Notes under the pieces: model-generated
Database searches by the model: none
What the model was told of the DNA's origin: nothing
The model's input: only the letters and a program-made list of their open reading frames with translations
Part shown: positions 1-13,620 of the stretch, one piece after another
How positions within the stretch are numbered: position 1 is the first letter of the stretch
Layout: every line of letters starts with the position of its first letter
Made by a program: the position numbers and the translations under genes
Source: Antedon mediterranea
Lineage: Eukaryota; Animalia; Echinodermata
Direction: 5' to 3'
Length of the DNA: 64,000 nt
NCBI RefSeq assembly: GCF_964355755.1
Contig: NC_092674.1
Location: forward strand, 6,386,001 to 6,450,000

Positions 1-487
1 TAATTTCAATCATAAAATAAAATGTTATTGTAATATATTAACATTTTTATTAAAAACAAACACGAATTTATAAATGTGTTTAAATTTTATTATTTATACA
101 ATTTTTTTGATCTAAAGATTGAGAAATAAGAAGAAAGAATCTCAAATCAGAATATTTTATGTACATTTAGAGGTCCCAACTGGAAAATAAAAAGAAATAT
201 TAGAAAAATTATAAAGCAGGGCTAAACTATAGAGGGTGCTATCATTTAACAAAATACATTCAAACATAGAGGGTGCTATTTTATGGGTGTTAGGCTGTTA
301 GTAGTATGTCAGGCGCTTTCAAAGCATGGTTATGCTGATTGTGGAAAATGTGTAAACAGAATCACTTGAAATAGCTAGAGTAGACATTAACTTAATTTGT
401 AGCTATAGCTTTTTGATTGATGAATGTAATTTTTTTTTGTTTTCTCTTTCAGTAGGGCCACTCTAAGTATGTAAGTGCATCTTCAAA

Positions 488-2815
488 ATGGACGTTGGCA
501 GCATTCAGACTATGGTCACTTTAGATCATGTATGGAGTCCATCTGCCGACATCCAAAGCACTTATGTACCTATGACATTTACGTTTGAAGATGGTGTGCA
601 GAGTGAGGTAGAGATTGCAACAGACCGGCCAAAACATGATTTAATTAACCAGGCCAGAAGTTCAATCCTAGCAAATAGTCATTCGTTGTTGAATAATTTA
701 TTTCTGGACCAAGGGACATCTGCGCCGCAAAAGACACCTGCGCCACAAAAGACACTATGTGATAAGCAATTGATTAAAAAGGAAAGTCTTGAAAAGAAAC
801 TGAATAATAACAAGAAAGAAGTATCGGTGCCGAAGAATAAAGAGGTGAATCGGGTAACGCAAAAATCCAGGCTTAGCTGTAAGGTGGTTCAAAAGAAGGA
901 AACCAAACAGTCGGATGTTGTTGAAAACATCACTAGTAGAGATGAAAATCTAATTCATTGCATGCTATGCCAAGCGTCGTTCAACGATGTTGTTTCTTTG
1001 GAAACACACATCTCCAACAACCACAAAGTTTCGTATTATTACTGTTCACAGTGCAGAAGTACATTCCAAGACGTCAAGTCTTTAGTTGATCATTCTCCAG
1101 ACCATGTTCTGGAGCAAATGCTTCGTTTTATCAAGTCTCATAGAATTGGTTGTAGCATATGCTGGCAGGGTACTTCTGACTTCAAAACCTTGACAGATCA
1201 TGTTAATAAAGCTCATGACTTAAACGTGTTCTGTTGTTCCTCTTGCCAATTCTTATGTTTGGATTCTGATGATCTTGCTAAACATGAACAAACTCATTAC
1301 TCAGGATCCTCAAAAGAATCCTCTAAGTTTAGTTCTCTTGCCACGGTGTGCAATTGTAAAGTTTGTGGTTTGGAACTGGAGACTAGAGAAGATGTCACAC
1401 AGCACATGAAGATGCATAAATCTGGAAACATGTATGTTTGTGAGTTTTGCGGAGAATGCTTTTGTGCACGACAAAAAGTTATCCAACATCGACGAGTTCA
1501 CACTGGGGACAAACCTTTCCGTTGCAAACTTTGTCATTTCTCTTGCAACCGTAAAGACAATTTAAAAGGTCATTTAAGAAGAATTCATTCGCATGCCGAG
1601 AAACCACTTTCTAAAAAACCAAGAAAAGACAATAATAATGTAAATATTAAAGATGCTCACACAGACATTGCAACTATCAATTTAGAAAAATCTGTTTTAG
1701 TTGAAATTCACTCTGATAAAGTTTCTTCAAACATTTGCCAAGAGAACAAAAATGTTAAACAGTCTACAAATCACTCTTTCTTCTGTGCTGATAAATCTTT
1801 AAAAGAATTAGAATCTTCCCTTGTGCCGACAATCCAGAGATCAGTAATTCCTGATACTTCCAGCAGTCCCGTCAAAACATCTTTGAACGGCAATGAATGC
1901 TCTTTATTGACTGGCAGTGACTTGGACAAGGCGGCAGTAGATTTAGGTAAGCTTCCATCTTCCATGCTTCTTACTGGGTCTGAATATGATGCACTTGTGC
2001 CATATTCAATGCCATCGTCCTCCGATCTTGATGAACCTTCCAAAAAAAGACAAAGACTCTCAACAAAGATTGGCAGTGAAATCAGTCCAGCACTCTTCAT
2101 TAGAGGACCACCAGAAAAACTTCTTAATGGCAACAATGTTTCGTACCATTCTGGGTTATCACAAAGTAGTTCCGACGCAACTAGAAGAGATGGAAGCATG
2201 TTTATGATATCACCAGACAAGATTTTCCAGTCAAGTCCAAGCCATCAATCTTGCAGCAGTAACTTGATTGCTACTACCTTTCCAGAATCGTGCTCTAGCT
2301 CACCCTCACGTAATCCATTTCTGAATGAAGGAATCTCTAGCGTACTTGATGAAGAATACTCCGAGTATTTTGCAGAATTTTCTGATCAAGGTGATTTCTT
2401 ACAGTCATTGGGCCTTGTGAAAGAAGGAGCCATCCCTGAAATTCCAGAGGCAAAGTTATCACCACCTCGAGAAAGAAATATTTATCTGGAATTTGTACAG
2501 AGTCTTGAAGCAGAAGGAAAGAAAGATATTAAGAAACCAATCAAATTGAAAGGGTTCTCCCATTATGAATCAACTTGTTATAAATGTAAAGCAGAATTTG
2601 ATTCAAAGCAAGGGTTAAAAGAACATTTGCACGGTTATAAAGAGAATGGTAGATTCCCCTGCGATATTTGTAACTACCCGCTGAAAGAGTTGCGCAAGTT
2701 GATGGAACATCGACGAAGTCACACCGGTGAAAAACCATATAAGTGCAATCAGTGTGATTTTAAATGTTCCAGAAGAGACAATCTTGCTGTCCACATGAAA
2801 AAGCACACTAAATAA
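488..2815 (+). CDS. C2H2 zinc-finger protein, 775 aa, single coding exon, two finger clusters separated by a Ser-rich/acidic linker
   Basis: Long ORF with about 8 CxxC..H..H fingers in the N-terminal half and 3 at the C-terminus, with HTGDKPF and HTGEKPY linkers. A polypyrimidine-AG acceptor at ~452 precedes the ATG, so the first exon lies outside the window. Confidence 0.93.
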   Translation: MDVGSIQTMVTLDHVWSPSADIQSTYVPMTFTFEDGVQSEVEIATDRPKHDLINQARSSILANSHSLLNNLFLDQGTSAPQKTPAPQKTLCDKQLIKKESLEKKLNNNKKEVSVPKNKEVNRVTQKSRLSCKVVQKKETKQSDVVENITSRDENLIHCMLCQASFNDVVSLETHISNNHKVSYYYCSQCRSTFQDVKSLVDHSPDHVLEQMLRFIKSHRIGCSICWQGTSDFKTLTDHVNKAHDLNVFCCSSCQFLCLDSDDLAKHEQTHYSGSSKESSKFSSLATVCNCKVCGLELETREDVTQHMKMHKSGNMYVCEFCGECFCARQKVIQHRRVHTGDKPFRCKLCHFSCNRKDNLKGHLRRIHSHAEKPLSKKPRKDNNNVNIKDAHTDIATINLEKSVLVEIHSDKVSSNICQENKNVKQSTNHSFFCADKSLKELESSLVPTIQRSVIPDTSSSPVKTSLNGNECSLLTGSDLDKAAVDLGKLPSSMLLTGSEYDALVPYSMPSSSDLDEPSKKRQRLSTKIGSEISPALFIRGPPEKLLNGNNVSYHSGLSQSSSDATRRDGSMFMISPDKIFQSSPSHQSCSSNLIATTFPESCSSSPSRNPFLNEGISSVLDEEYSEYFAEFSDQGDFLQSLGLVKEGAIPEIPEAKLSPPRERNIYLEFVQSLEAEGKKDIKKPIKLKGFSHYESTCYKCKAEFDSKQGLKEHLHGYKENGRFPCDICNYPLKELRKLMEHRRSHTGEKPYKCNQCDFKCSRRDNLAVHMKKHTK

Positions 2816-4095
2816 AGTTTTCTATCTTGTTTATATCCTTTGCAGTTATTAACTTATTTCTTAAGACTTAAGACGTTCAGTCGCTATTCATTCCCACTGC
2901 ACTCCAATTTTAAAGATGGAGTCATTTTTTAGTTTTTTTTATTTTGGAAAAGTGTCCTATGGTGGATGGCATTTTTCTGAGTGAATGTTTAATTTACATA
3001 ATACCTCATGATATTTTTGTTCCATTATTAAAATAATCTCTTAAAATAATCTGTTTTGGTATCTACTGTATAATACAGATATTGGTCTGATACATGTGTT
3101 TGTTGATTTCAAAGACATGTTAGGAACCATGGCAAACTATTCTACTATTTAGCAAGCTTTTATGTTTAATCTTACACAAACACTGTGTGTTGCGCAGTGA
3201 CTGTCTCATAAACCTATTCATTGGGGAAAAAAAATAAAACATACATCATTGTAAGAAAAATTATGTAATTTCTGCAGTAACTGCAGTAAAATAAATTTGA
3301 CATAATCCCTTATTTTATTATTGCTCAGGATATCCAATATATTTGCTGACCAGGAATAGCTCGTTTGAAATTGGGTATCAATTTTGTTGTTGAAGATGAA
3401 CAAACAGATCAAAAACATAAAAATATATTATAATAGCAGTTGAAATTTTTAAAAAATAAACATTTTTTTGTATAGTTGAAACTTTGGATTCAAATTTATT
3501 TTGAAAATGACGTAATTGAATAGTTTCTATTTGGGCAACTAAGATTATTTGTTCTTTATTGAAAAACGTTCTGCTCATGTGCTTCCTATAATAATAATAA
3601 TTAATAAATAATTACATATTTCTTCCCATTATTATTATTAAACATGATAATGATAAATAATTGTAATGATTGTTGTGCATATTCATCAGTATTAGGCTTT
3701 CTTGGTGAAATGTATTATACATAAATAACTGCTGCTATTTTATGATACATTAAAGTCTTCCTTAAAATTCCTTCTGTAAGTAATCAGCTTATAGTTGTTG
3801 CACCCATATTTAATAATTTTAATATCAATAATAATTAGAATTATTGCTTTCTTTATGTGGACATTGTAAATGAACTTCTTTTTTTTTACAATAATATGTA
3901 CCGTAATTTGTTATCATTTTATTATGATTTTAAATTGTTTGTACACTTGTTAATGTATGATAGGTTATGATTATTTCGTAAATAGGATTATTTATTAGGG
4001 AGGTTATTTCTTATTTTTAGTAGAAATTTGCATTTCATTTGCATAAACTTTTTGTAATAACTTCAGAAAGGTATATTTTGTACAGTTTTTTGTTA

Positions 4096-4274
4096 AGCGT
4101 GGTTCCCACTAGCGACGCAACGCAAGGACGTAACGCAACGCAAGTGAATGGACCAATCACAAGCGATGGCTTATTTGCTTGTGATTGCTAACTGTCTATA
4201 ACTTCGCTTGTCATTGGTTAAAACGCTTGCGTTGCGTTTACGTCCTTGCGTTACGTTCTAGTGGGAACCAAGCT
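4096..4274. mobile_element. Palindromic MITE family A (PIF/Harbinger-like)
   Basis: TIR AGCGTGGTTCCCACTAG / CTAGTGGGAACCAAGCT with TTA on both flanks. A near-identical inverted copy lies at 41055-41233. Confidence 0.88.
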
Positions 4275-7200
4275 TTAGTGTAAGGCAAACTATTGCGATA
4301 AATTGTTATTGTGTTTTGGCATACAGTTTGTAAGGTTTGGTACACAGTACGAAAAACTTGGATGGACAGTGATTGAGAGATAGGTGTAAACACTTCTTCA
4401 CAAGAGAATTTGGGTCACAAACAGTTTTTCAAAACAAAAATCTTGCGTTTAAAAAAAAATTTCCTAATAGAACAATAATCAGTTGGGAACAAATAATGTA
4501 CCCTTTGTAAAAATGGGGGGTGGGGGGTTTTACTGTTTCACACAAAATAGGAGTAAAAAAATACACACAAGTTTGTGTCCTCTTGAAATTATTGGGAGAA
4601 ATATATAGATATTCTGAATCACAAAAGAATGTCACTAATGGATATATTACAGTTAGTTCTCTCATTATGTGGGTGGATTTAAAGTGTGCTTAAATCTAGT
4701 AATCTACCAACACCACCACTGACCTTTGACCCTTGCTGATGCCCTATAGCACATAATATACGAATATGATTTGCTTATTGTGATTGGATCGTGAGCAGAT
4801 GTCTTATCTGTATATAATTATGATATTTATTCATCATTAAAGCTAAAACAATTGTCACAGTGGATCTTTGCGGCATATTGGTCACAATTGTCACAATAAA
4901 ATACCATGCATATTTAATTTATAACTGTAAATATTTTTAAAAGCTTTTTTTTTATTATAAAAAGTAGATTGTTTCTATATTGTCTTTTGTTAAAGATCAA
5001 ATATGTCAGTAATATTATTATTTAATAATTGATAAATGCCCCTTTTTTACACAGATCAAGATTTTTTTGTTACAACCACTTTTTTACTTTGTAAATTATG
5101 TGTACTTTAATTTATATTTGCATTATTAAATATTAATGCACATTTATTTTTGGTATTGGCAGTTTAGGCCATTTTCGTGATACAATATTCTAAAATAGGA
5201 CCAGCAATAAAACTGGCAAACTTTCAGTATTATGCAGATTTCAAAATGGATACATTAAAAACATATAACTATATGTACCCCCCCTAAAAAAATGGAAACT
5301 TTCTCAAATTTATATGAAAATACTGTACTTAAATCAACTCCAAATTTAAATGCATTTTATGCAAAATAATCTATTTAATAATATTGGTCAAATATTTAAG
5401 GTCTCTGTTAAAGGTAGTAAATATATTTTGAAAAACTCAATATTATTGTCCTTTAATAGTATAGGATATATTCATCTCTTTTTTGTTTAAATTATATTTA
5501 TTTATTTTCAAATATGCTATATGTAATTGTAATGTATTTTTTTAGTTGCCAAAACAATGTTTTTTACAGTAAATTATAATAATTTATTATTTTGCCAATG
5601 CTTTATATATCATTCACTAATGGTTGAATACCTGTATAAATAATCCCACCTTTACTATCTACAACATAAATCTTGAACTTATTTTTCTTGATGTGTATAC
5701 TATTGAGATTAAGCCCATTGGGGCTTATATTTGAGTACACATCAATAATTATGTATAAATGTTTCCATGGGACAATAAAATAATTTCATATTGTGTTAAA
5801 ATAACTATATTTAAGTGTGAATAATTATTGCATTGAAACACATTTGGAAATCAATTTGAAATGTATCAAAACAGTTATGTTTAATTAACATACTTCCAAC
5901 AAGCTAATTTTAAGTGTGTTCGGAAAGCAGTACAATCATGCTCAGAGTATTGTACAGTAAATGATAAATGCAATATTATGCTTCTGTTTAAAATATGAAT
6001 ACTTAGCTTCTATATTTGAATAGAAAAATTGAAACTCCATAAAAAAAATCGTCATCGTATTTAAAATGTGCTAGACAGTACTGAATTCTTTTAAATGTGT
6101 ATATAATATCGATGTATAATTTCCCATAAGTAAGGGACTAGTGACGCAAGTCCCAGGTGGACTTGCCCAAAACTGATTGCCAGTTCTGGTGATACAGCCT
6201 TTTAGAACAAATGAATTGTATACAGTTAGTTATTGATATGTGGGTTGGTGACATATTTGTTCATACTATATACAGCATCGTTGTATTTATTGTTGTGGCT
6301 GTACTATGGTGGTCAACAGGGTTAAAACAAATGATAATTTACTGTATACAGTATCAATCTCCCATTTCCATACATGGCTGTCATAGTTTAGTTTGAATAA
6401 GTTTACGATTAAGGATATTGGTACAATATATGTTTATGTAATGCTAAGCCTGGTCATAGGGGCATACCGGTAGGTATGTCCCATTAAACACAGGCATCTA
6501 CAACTTGAACATATTGTAATACTGTAGGTCATCATTGAGGAACTAGTTGTAAACCCGCCCACTCATTTTGTCTAGTATAAAGACTTCCTCTATCAGGTTT
6601 CAGGCAATTTTGTGTCGGGGAAGGAGGATGGAGTTTACACCACCAATAAGCCAATTTTATGTTTGTCTATTATATTCCAAGGTGTGCACAATAACTAGTG
6701 TGAATAATCTTTACAAACTTTTTCATTAATTTTCAACTTAAATATGCAATTTCAGTTGATAAACCTTTGAATAATAAGATCCTAAAAAGGACATAGAAGA
6801 TTAGTGTAAATAATGTGTTAATGTTAGAAAAATATTATTAGTAAAATCGCATGTATTGTAACAATAAGCAATAGAAAGTTACTGTATAAAAAGCATATGA
6901 TCAATGTTAATATATTTCAGTAGTACAACAGTACCATATATGACTGAGTATAATCTCATGGGACTACACTCGGGCACAGTATAATATTAGTATCGTAATA
7001 TGTAACTGCATGTCTAAACAGAGATACTTTTTATTTAAATTACTTAATTTTTTGTTATGTTTAATACAGCTTTTAAATACCTCATATAAAAAGTTTATGT
7101 ACTGCTAAATGTGTAAAAGCACATTGTAAAATGGTGCATTTTTTTTTTATAGAATTCTATTTAAAGATACATATAATCTTTCGCTTTTTTTTTACATTTT

Positions 7201-8677
7201 AATTACGAACCTTTAGTTTTAATGACTTTATGAAAGGGAGTGTAATAATACTTGGGCCGACCCTAGCGGTCTTTAATTAGAAGTAATATTTAAATATAAT
7301 CATATGAAGCTGATACAACTCTTAAAAAATCAAGTTTAGAAAAAGTATTAAGAAAATGTTAACGTTACTATGTAGCTTTTGTGCTCAACAGAAAAGAACA
7401 GATTTTAAATTTAAACTTCTGATCAAAAATTATTTCTTGGATAACTTCATCTGTTAAAACCATGTTGGAATTAAGAAAAATTGTGTGCTTAAATAGTTTT
7501 GTTTACACAACAAATTGTAATACTTTTTTGGTTGTTAATATGAAAATAGAAACAAGACAATCATTATCTAAACATTATTTTTGTAAAATTATGCGTCAAA
7601 ATTGGGTGGCCCGCTTGATTCCGCCCCGAAAAATTAGCTTGTATTCATCGTCTTAAAATTGTGCTATGTGCTTATAATAGAACTCAGTTGCCAACTGTAT
7701 TCAGATATAAACAATTATGTGCAATAATTTACTGATCCCTGCCTATTTGACAACGCTGTATTATAGTTGCTTTGTCTCCTGCCATTGGCCTAAAGGCTAA
7801 GATACATTAGTAACGCAATGTATTGAATACAGTAATTAACAAAAGCATTCAACCATGTACTTACTATATCCTAATAATTATGTAATATACTAGCTCTATT
7901 ATTAGCAGAATCGCTATATTTTGTTTCCAATGTAAGTTTTTTCTCAAAAAGTCTTTGTTCAAAGACTATGAATTTTGGAAAATTAAACAAAAAGTTGATA
8001 AGCTGTGTTCCATAATCTATGGACCATGACCAAATGTACGCCATTAATAACAGATTGTAATGTGTAATGGTCACAATTTAAGGGTGCCAGTGTATAAGGA
8101 CCGTACTGCCAGTTTTAACTGTAATTATATATTAGAAACAAAGTGCTAAACATTAATCAAGGAATGTACAGTAAACCAGATGTTTTTTTTATTATATTTG
8201 TGACATTTTGAAAAAGTATTATTTATGACCACCAAACATATATTTATATTATTTTTTTCTCCCTATTTAATACTTATTTTATAAAGAAACATGGTGTATG
8301 TCATTTTTGTGCAAACATTTTTTGTAGGCCATAATTTTGTATTTTAAAATTCCACCCATTCATTTGGCATCAGAAATTACTGGTTTCATGCATTTTAAAA
8401 TAATTTATTCATGTAATTTAAATATTTGTGTGTGAAATTGTCTAGTCCTGCTGCTAATGCGTTGTGACGTACATATTAGTAATAAATGTGGCATAAGTTA
8501 CGTTTTTGTGACTTCTTTGTATTTTATTGTGTGTATAATCCGATTGAATACAGTATGCTAGACACCTACACTACAGTTGTGAACTGCAGCTTAAATTTAT
8601 CAAGGTTTGTTGGATAGCTGGGAATCAGTTAAATCAATTTTTGCAACTTTCTTAGTTCTAGAGTATTTCAGTAAGAT

Positions 8678-8788
8678 CAGTGGTGTATGGCTATGAGTGC
8701 TCACTGGCTAAAAACCCTGAGGCCCCAGAGCTTAGAGGCCTCTGAGCAGGGCCTGGAAGGAAAAGGGGGCCTCTGCATTATGCCACTG
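8678..8788. mobile_element. Degenerate hAT-like MITE
   Basis: CAGTGGTGTA...TATGCCACTG termini. A related left end recurs at ~9150. Confidence 0.5.
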
Positions 8789-9518
8789 AGCAGCAGGTAC
8801 AATTTACAATACAGTACAACAATGTATCTATAAAAACATCGAGAACTAACTTTACACTATTATAGGATTTTATTATACAAAATCACACACACAAACAATG
8901 GGTGTCTAGAAAACTAATATCTAAGTTTTTTTCTAGACAGCCTTAAAAACTTTCACATTTAAAAAAAGATATATATTACTGTAACTATGCATTTTAATCA
9001 AGTCAATATATTTTTTTTAGTGTAAAAATTATTTTGCAAATAAATTACAAGACCCCTTTTATGACCAATAGGATCATGGGTGGGTTAAGGTATCATTGCA
9101 CCTATTTTTTATTTGGAATGTATATAAACAGTACTAGTATTATATGCAGCAGCGTAACGGCTATATGCGCTCACTGGCTAAACCCAGGGGCTCCAGCATA
9201 TGAGCAGCTACTTAGGAGTGCTAAACCAGGGGTCTTGTCCTCCTGTGTTGAGCCCCAGGTCATATGCAATTCGATCCTCCTGATCGGAAAGGTTTACTCC
9301 ATCTCATTACACCCCATCTCTAAGAGTTGCAGGAAAAATAATAACCCTGCTTTCAGAGAGAAAAGATGGCAGATGTTATGGAGAATCCAAGACAATACAA
9401 TGCATTGTATTCTACATTGAATTACTCTAGATTCCAGGCCCATTAACATGCCAACCAATGGCATACACACTGCTGCTACACTAACGTTGATGTAGTTTGC
9501 TGGAAAGCTTCGGTACCA

Positions 9519-12500
9519 TCAAGATGAGTGAAATTCTGGGTGTATTGTAAAGTCATACTTCCAAGGTCTGATCCTGGGTTTGGTTGATTCTGCATCCTTT
9601 ACTTGAGAACTGTAGTCGGTGATATGATAATGTGCTGCGTTCAATGGTGTTCTGTATCTGTTCGGGTCGCTCTCTAAGGATTGGAACAACCGTGTGGCAA
9701 CTTTGGATTCTGCAGAAAAAGTATATGACAAAATTAATGGTCAAATTCAACCAAAAACCCATTGGTTGGCAGCCAATTTGACTATGTTTTGCTTTAAATT
9801 TTTTCACGTAAATAATTTTTTTTTTTCGATTAAATTTTTCTTCAAACTTCAACTATTATGTGACATTAAAATGGCATATGCAACAAAAAATAAATAAAAA
9901 TACATCTTTAATACATTAGATTATTTTATTTAACAGATGAATAATTCACTATACTGTACCTCTGGCGCCAGCTGCCTTGAGATATCTGTGTACCGATGAC
10001 TGGTATGGTACCTTTACATATTTCTTGTTTGATTCCATACAGTACGCCTTACTTTGAGTTGTATCCATCATTTTATGAATCGCCTGTCGATCTATAATAA
10101 AGTATAAATTATTTAATTTCCGTGTTCTAGTTCTCCCATGACCTAGAGGATCATGGGGGCATTGCAGATGAGATACAGTGCACCAAATCCTTCCATAGGG
10201 GAATTAGTAGTTGTACTCATCATGATACGATACACTGGCATAAGCCATATCTCCCAGTGGAGAATATCCAAAAGAATATAAAAGGTTTTTAATTAGAAAT
10301 TATGAAAAAGCTTCTAGCAAATTGTTAGTCTGTTAGGGTGATTTTCAATTTCTGAATTTCACATGTTGATTTTGAGGGGTTTATTGAACTTGTTCAAATG
10401 TCTGATCTACCTTTTCTTCTTGCTAATTTCATCCATGCCTCTGCTGCCTGGGCTTGTCTTGGGTCCTGAAACATTTCTTTCACTGACTACAGGAAGTCAA
10501 AAACACAAGTACTAAATTAAAAACAGTTATAGTATGTGGGCGACAAAGTTTCAATTTGAACATCATGACATGAGTCATCAAGACCTTTTGATTATGCTAA
10601 TGTAGAACCAGGTGCTCATAGGAGGAATTGGACCATTACCTTCCCCCTCTCGTTTAAAAAATGATTATTGACATATTTGATTGGGACTTTACCGTTTTCT
10701 TTGAGTACTTACTTAACAGAGTATTTTGAGCGTTAAGATGGTTCTTAACCAAAAGCTGGCTTTGTTAACATTTTCTAACCAAATGATTTTCAGTTTACAA
10801 TTTACAAAAAAAATAAAAATGTACTCCTACTCCATTTGTAAAACAAATCTTTATGTTGACTACGAAAGTTCCTAATGGAATACGACACTTTGGTCAGTGA
10901 TCATAGAAATTTATTTATCAAATATTTGGCACTCGATAGGCAGTTGAAATATGTTTTGGCAGTGTACCATATATTTATTCTACTCCGACCTTTTCTAGTT
11001 CGCACACTGTGTTAATACTTTGGCACAACACAGCTTTGGTTTGACCTTGATAGAACAATCTTTTGTAAGAAAATGTTGTAGTTTTACACGTCTTTCACCT
11101 TTTCATCATATGGCAGGACTCCAGCTGTTGCAGGTCGCCCAATGTATTTCTCTCTTAAATGTTTCCGTTGCTCCTGTTCTTCTTTACGACAAACTCCATC
11201 AACTGAAATGATAATATTAAATAATGCTACTCTCTTCAAAATTTAACCAACAGAATCTCATTGCAATAATTCAAGAGAAACTCCTTTTAAGGGGACAATT
11301 ATCTCCTAGAATAAACAAGAAGAAATTTTTATCACTACAGGTAACCTCTATTCATGGGACATCCTCTATTCAGGTAACATCCCTATCAAAGGGGACATTT
11401 TAAGGTTATGAAAATGTAGGGACTATATAGGGGTTCTACTGTATAAAAGCATATAAATATTTTTTTCGGAATATGCCTAGTTTTTGATCCACCACTGAAA
11501 CTCACTTCTGTATATTTCTGTTTTAACTCGATCATCTGGATTCCGGAAGCCTTCCACTGCGTTCAACTCTTTCCCAAAGGCAGAGTCGGGATCGTGGTAA
11601 CCAGGTACTTCTTTTAAATGGCATGTAAGGAATACGCTGTTGGGAAAAAATATATAATTGTGAACAAATCAGTTCTTAATTTTAAAGAAAAATTGCATTT
11701 TCTTCCATTCAATCTGTGATACAATAACAACAACAAAAATGTTCAAGGATATAAACATGTTTTGGAACTTGAGTACTAAGTTTATATATATGGAAATATA
11801 GATATAGCTATAAATGTGTGTCATATTGGTAATTAATAACAAATCATTTAATTATTAAAATTAATGTGTAGCATAATAACATTATATTAGTAAATGTAGA
11901 CCATTACACAAGATTACATTAAGACATTTTTTTCCACAACATATCTTACTCTTGTTATATAACACCATTATACAACCTCATCTTCTTTATTGCAACATTA
12001 TTTGGGCAGCCGACTACCCATCAAATTTAGAAAAACTTAATAAACAAATTAAACGTGCTGCCCGTATTATTACTTTCTCTCACTATCTCGCCCCTTCCCA
12101 ACCTTTACTTAAAAAACTAAATATTCTTAGTCTACATGATCTATTTACAACACAAATTGCTTCCTTTATTTTTCAATTCCTTAATACCAAACTCCCTGTG
12201 ACAATGTCTAATCTATTAAGTCATCATACAAAATCACACAAGTACAATTTACGTATCGACAATAAATTTCAGCATCTTGATGTACCTCCTTTTAGACTGA
12301 AAATTTCCGAATATTTTATTTCTGTTTCAGGACCGCGAATCTGGAATGATCTTGATGACAAACTAAACCATTTTAAATCTCTTTATACTTTTCGTAAAAA
12401 TTGTAAAAAATATCTTATTTCTTTATACTAATTTTAATATTATTATGATTGTAGTACACTGAAAGTATCTATTTTTATTTCATCGTTTTTGTTTTTATTT

Positions 12501-13134
12501 ATTATTTTATGTAGTAAATTGTATTAGTTTAAATGTATGTGTATTGTTTCTGGGGTCTTTCTCGAGACAAGAAACTTGATTTCTTCTAGAGAAGACCCCA
12601 AATGATGGCTTATTACTAATGTTTTCATTTATGTACACATCTATATATTATACTGTATAATGCCATTGTTGAACAAATAAATGTTTTTTGAATTTGAATA
12701 AGAAAATGCACTATCTAAGTATTAATATTAATACAATTCATTTTAAAATCATTCTTTTAAGAAATAAAAATAATATTTAAGTTATGATAATTTTATTATT
12801 TAAATTTGTTTATATAATCTTACTTTGGTGGATGTGGTTTGTTCCTTCTAGTTGTGGAAGTCGGTCTTGCCTTGGTAAGACTTCTTTTAGAGACTTGTCC
12901 TTTATTATAGTAACTATTCGAATATGTAGTCGGTTTGTCTGTCGGTTCTGGGGTCCACGCCTTGACCGCGGCCCGTCGTATAGCCTCAAGCTCTTGTGTT
13001 GATGTCGGACTGTATTCTATAACACGGTGTCTATATCCAGTCATGATAGGATCAGCGGAACGGGAGCGAAATTGTGACACTATTCCCCCTCCCCTTAAAT
13101 CACTAAATCCAGGTAAAATATGCCCTGTAGCCAT
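9519..13134 (-). CDS. Uncharacterised ~314-aa protein, six coding exons, possibly ciliary/sperm (TEX26-like motifs)
   Basis: Exons 13134-12824, 11636-11506, 11202-11099, 10486-10411, 10091-9960, 9709-9519. All junctions are GT-AG and phases are compatible, giving 945 nt with no internal stop. Motifs RPTSTTRRNKPHP and C-terminal FTIHPEF. Confidence 0.82.
11900..12700 (+). mobile_element. 5'-truncated LINE 3' end (CR1/L2 group, Crack/Daphne-like)
   Basis: ORF 11952-12431 reads YNTIIQPHLLYCNIIWA...SGPRIWNDL...FRKNCKKYL, typical of the ORF2 C-terminus. It is followed by a 3'UTR hairpin (ggggtctt...aagacccc) and an AATAAA/(TTGAAT) tail. Confidence 0.85.
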
Positions 13135-13469
13135 TGTCTGGGGTTCCTTTTTAAACAGAAATTAATTGTTTGTTTTCACAACTTTATGAGACGATTAGAT
13201 AGCAAGGATAACCAATGTACACAAAATCAGCGCCCTAGGCAACTGGCTAACCCTTGACATGTTATAATAAAAGAAAGATCAATCACGAATACTCCACAGT
13301 CAATTGTGGGTAATCCAATCAAACATGACATTATAAATTGACTTTGTAAACCTTAAAAATAAAATAAATGGTATGAAAATATTTATAACATTGAAAAATC
13401 TTTTAAAACAGTTAAATCAATAATAATTTGAATTTAAATAGTATTTAATAATTTTGTTAAAAAATAATA

Positions 13470-13620
13470 TACCCCTTCACTTATAATGGATTGAATCCGG
13501 AAGTCCGAGCACTGATCTATGAAAACACAACAACCGGTTTCCTCCCCGGCCGTAAAGTCATTCATAACCACAGCAAATCTGTGGCCTAGGCCTAGGTATA
13601 CCAAGCTAATACGATTTCTT
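13470..13620. promoter_or_regulatory. Putative bidirectional promoter between the unnamed gene and EXOC1
   Basis: Local CpG-rich patch between divergent genes with an ETS/GABP-type CCGGAAGT at ~13497. Candidate donors face both ways (~13472 on -, ~13595 on +) and an acceptor lies at 14049. Confidence 0.55.

Noticed and set aside
1310-2806. Antisense/overlapping ORFs in the zinc-finger gene
   Set aside because: These are shadow ORFs with no recognisable motifs.
2816-8500. Short ORFs in the AT-rich stretch after the zinc-finger gene
   Set aside because: They have low-complexity composition and no spliceable coding chain. The stretch is probably a long 3'UTR or intergenic DNA.
11952-12431. Host gene nested antisense in an intron
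   Set aside because: It is a LINE ORF2 C-terminal fragment.
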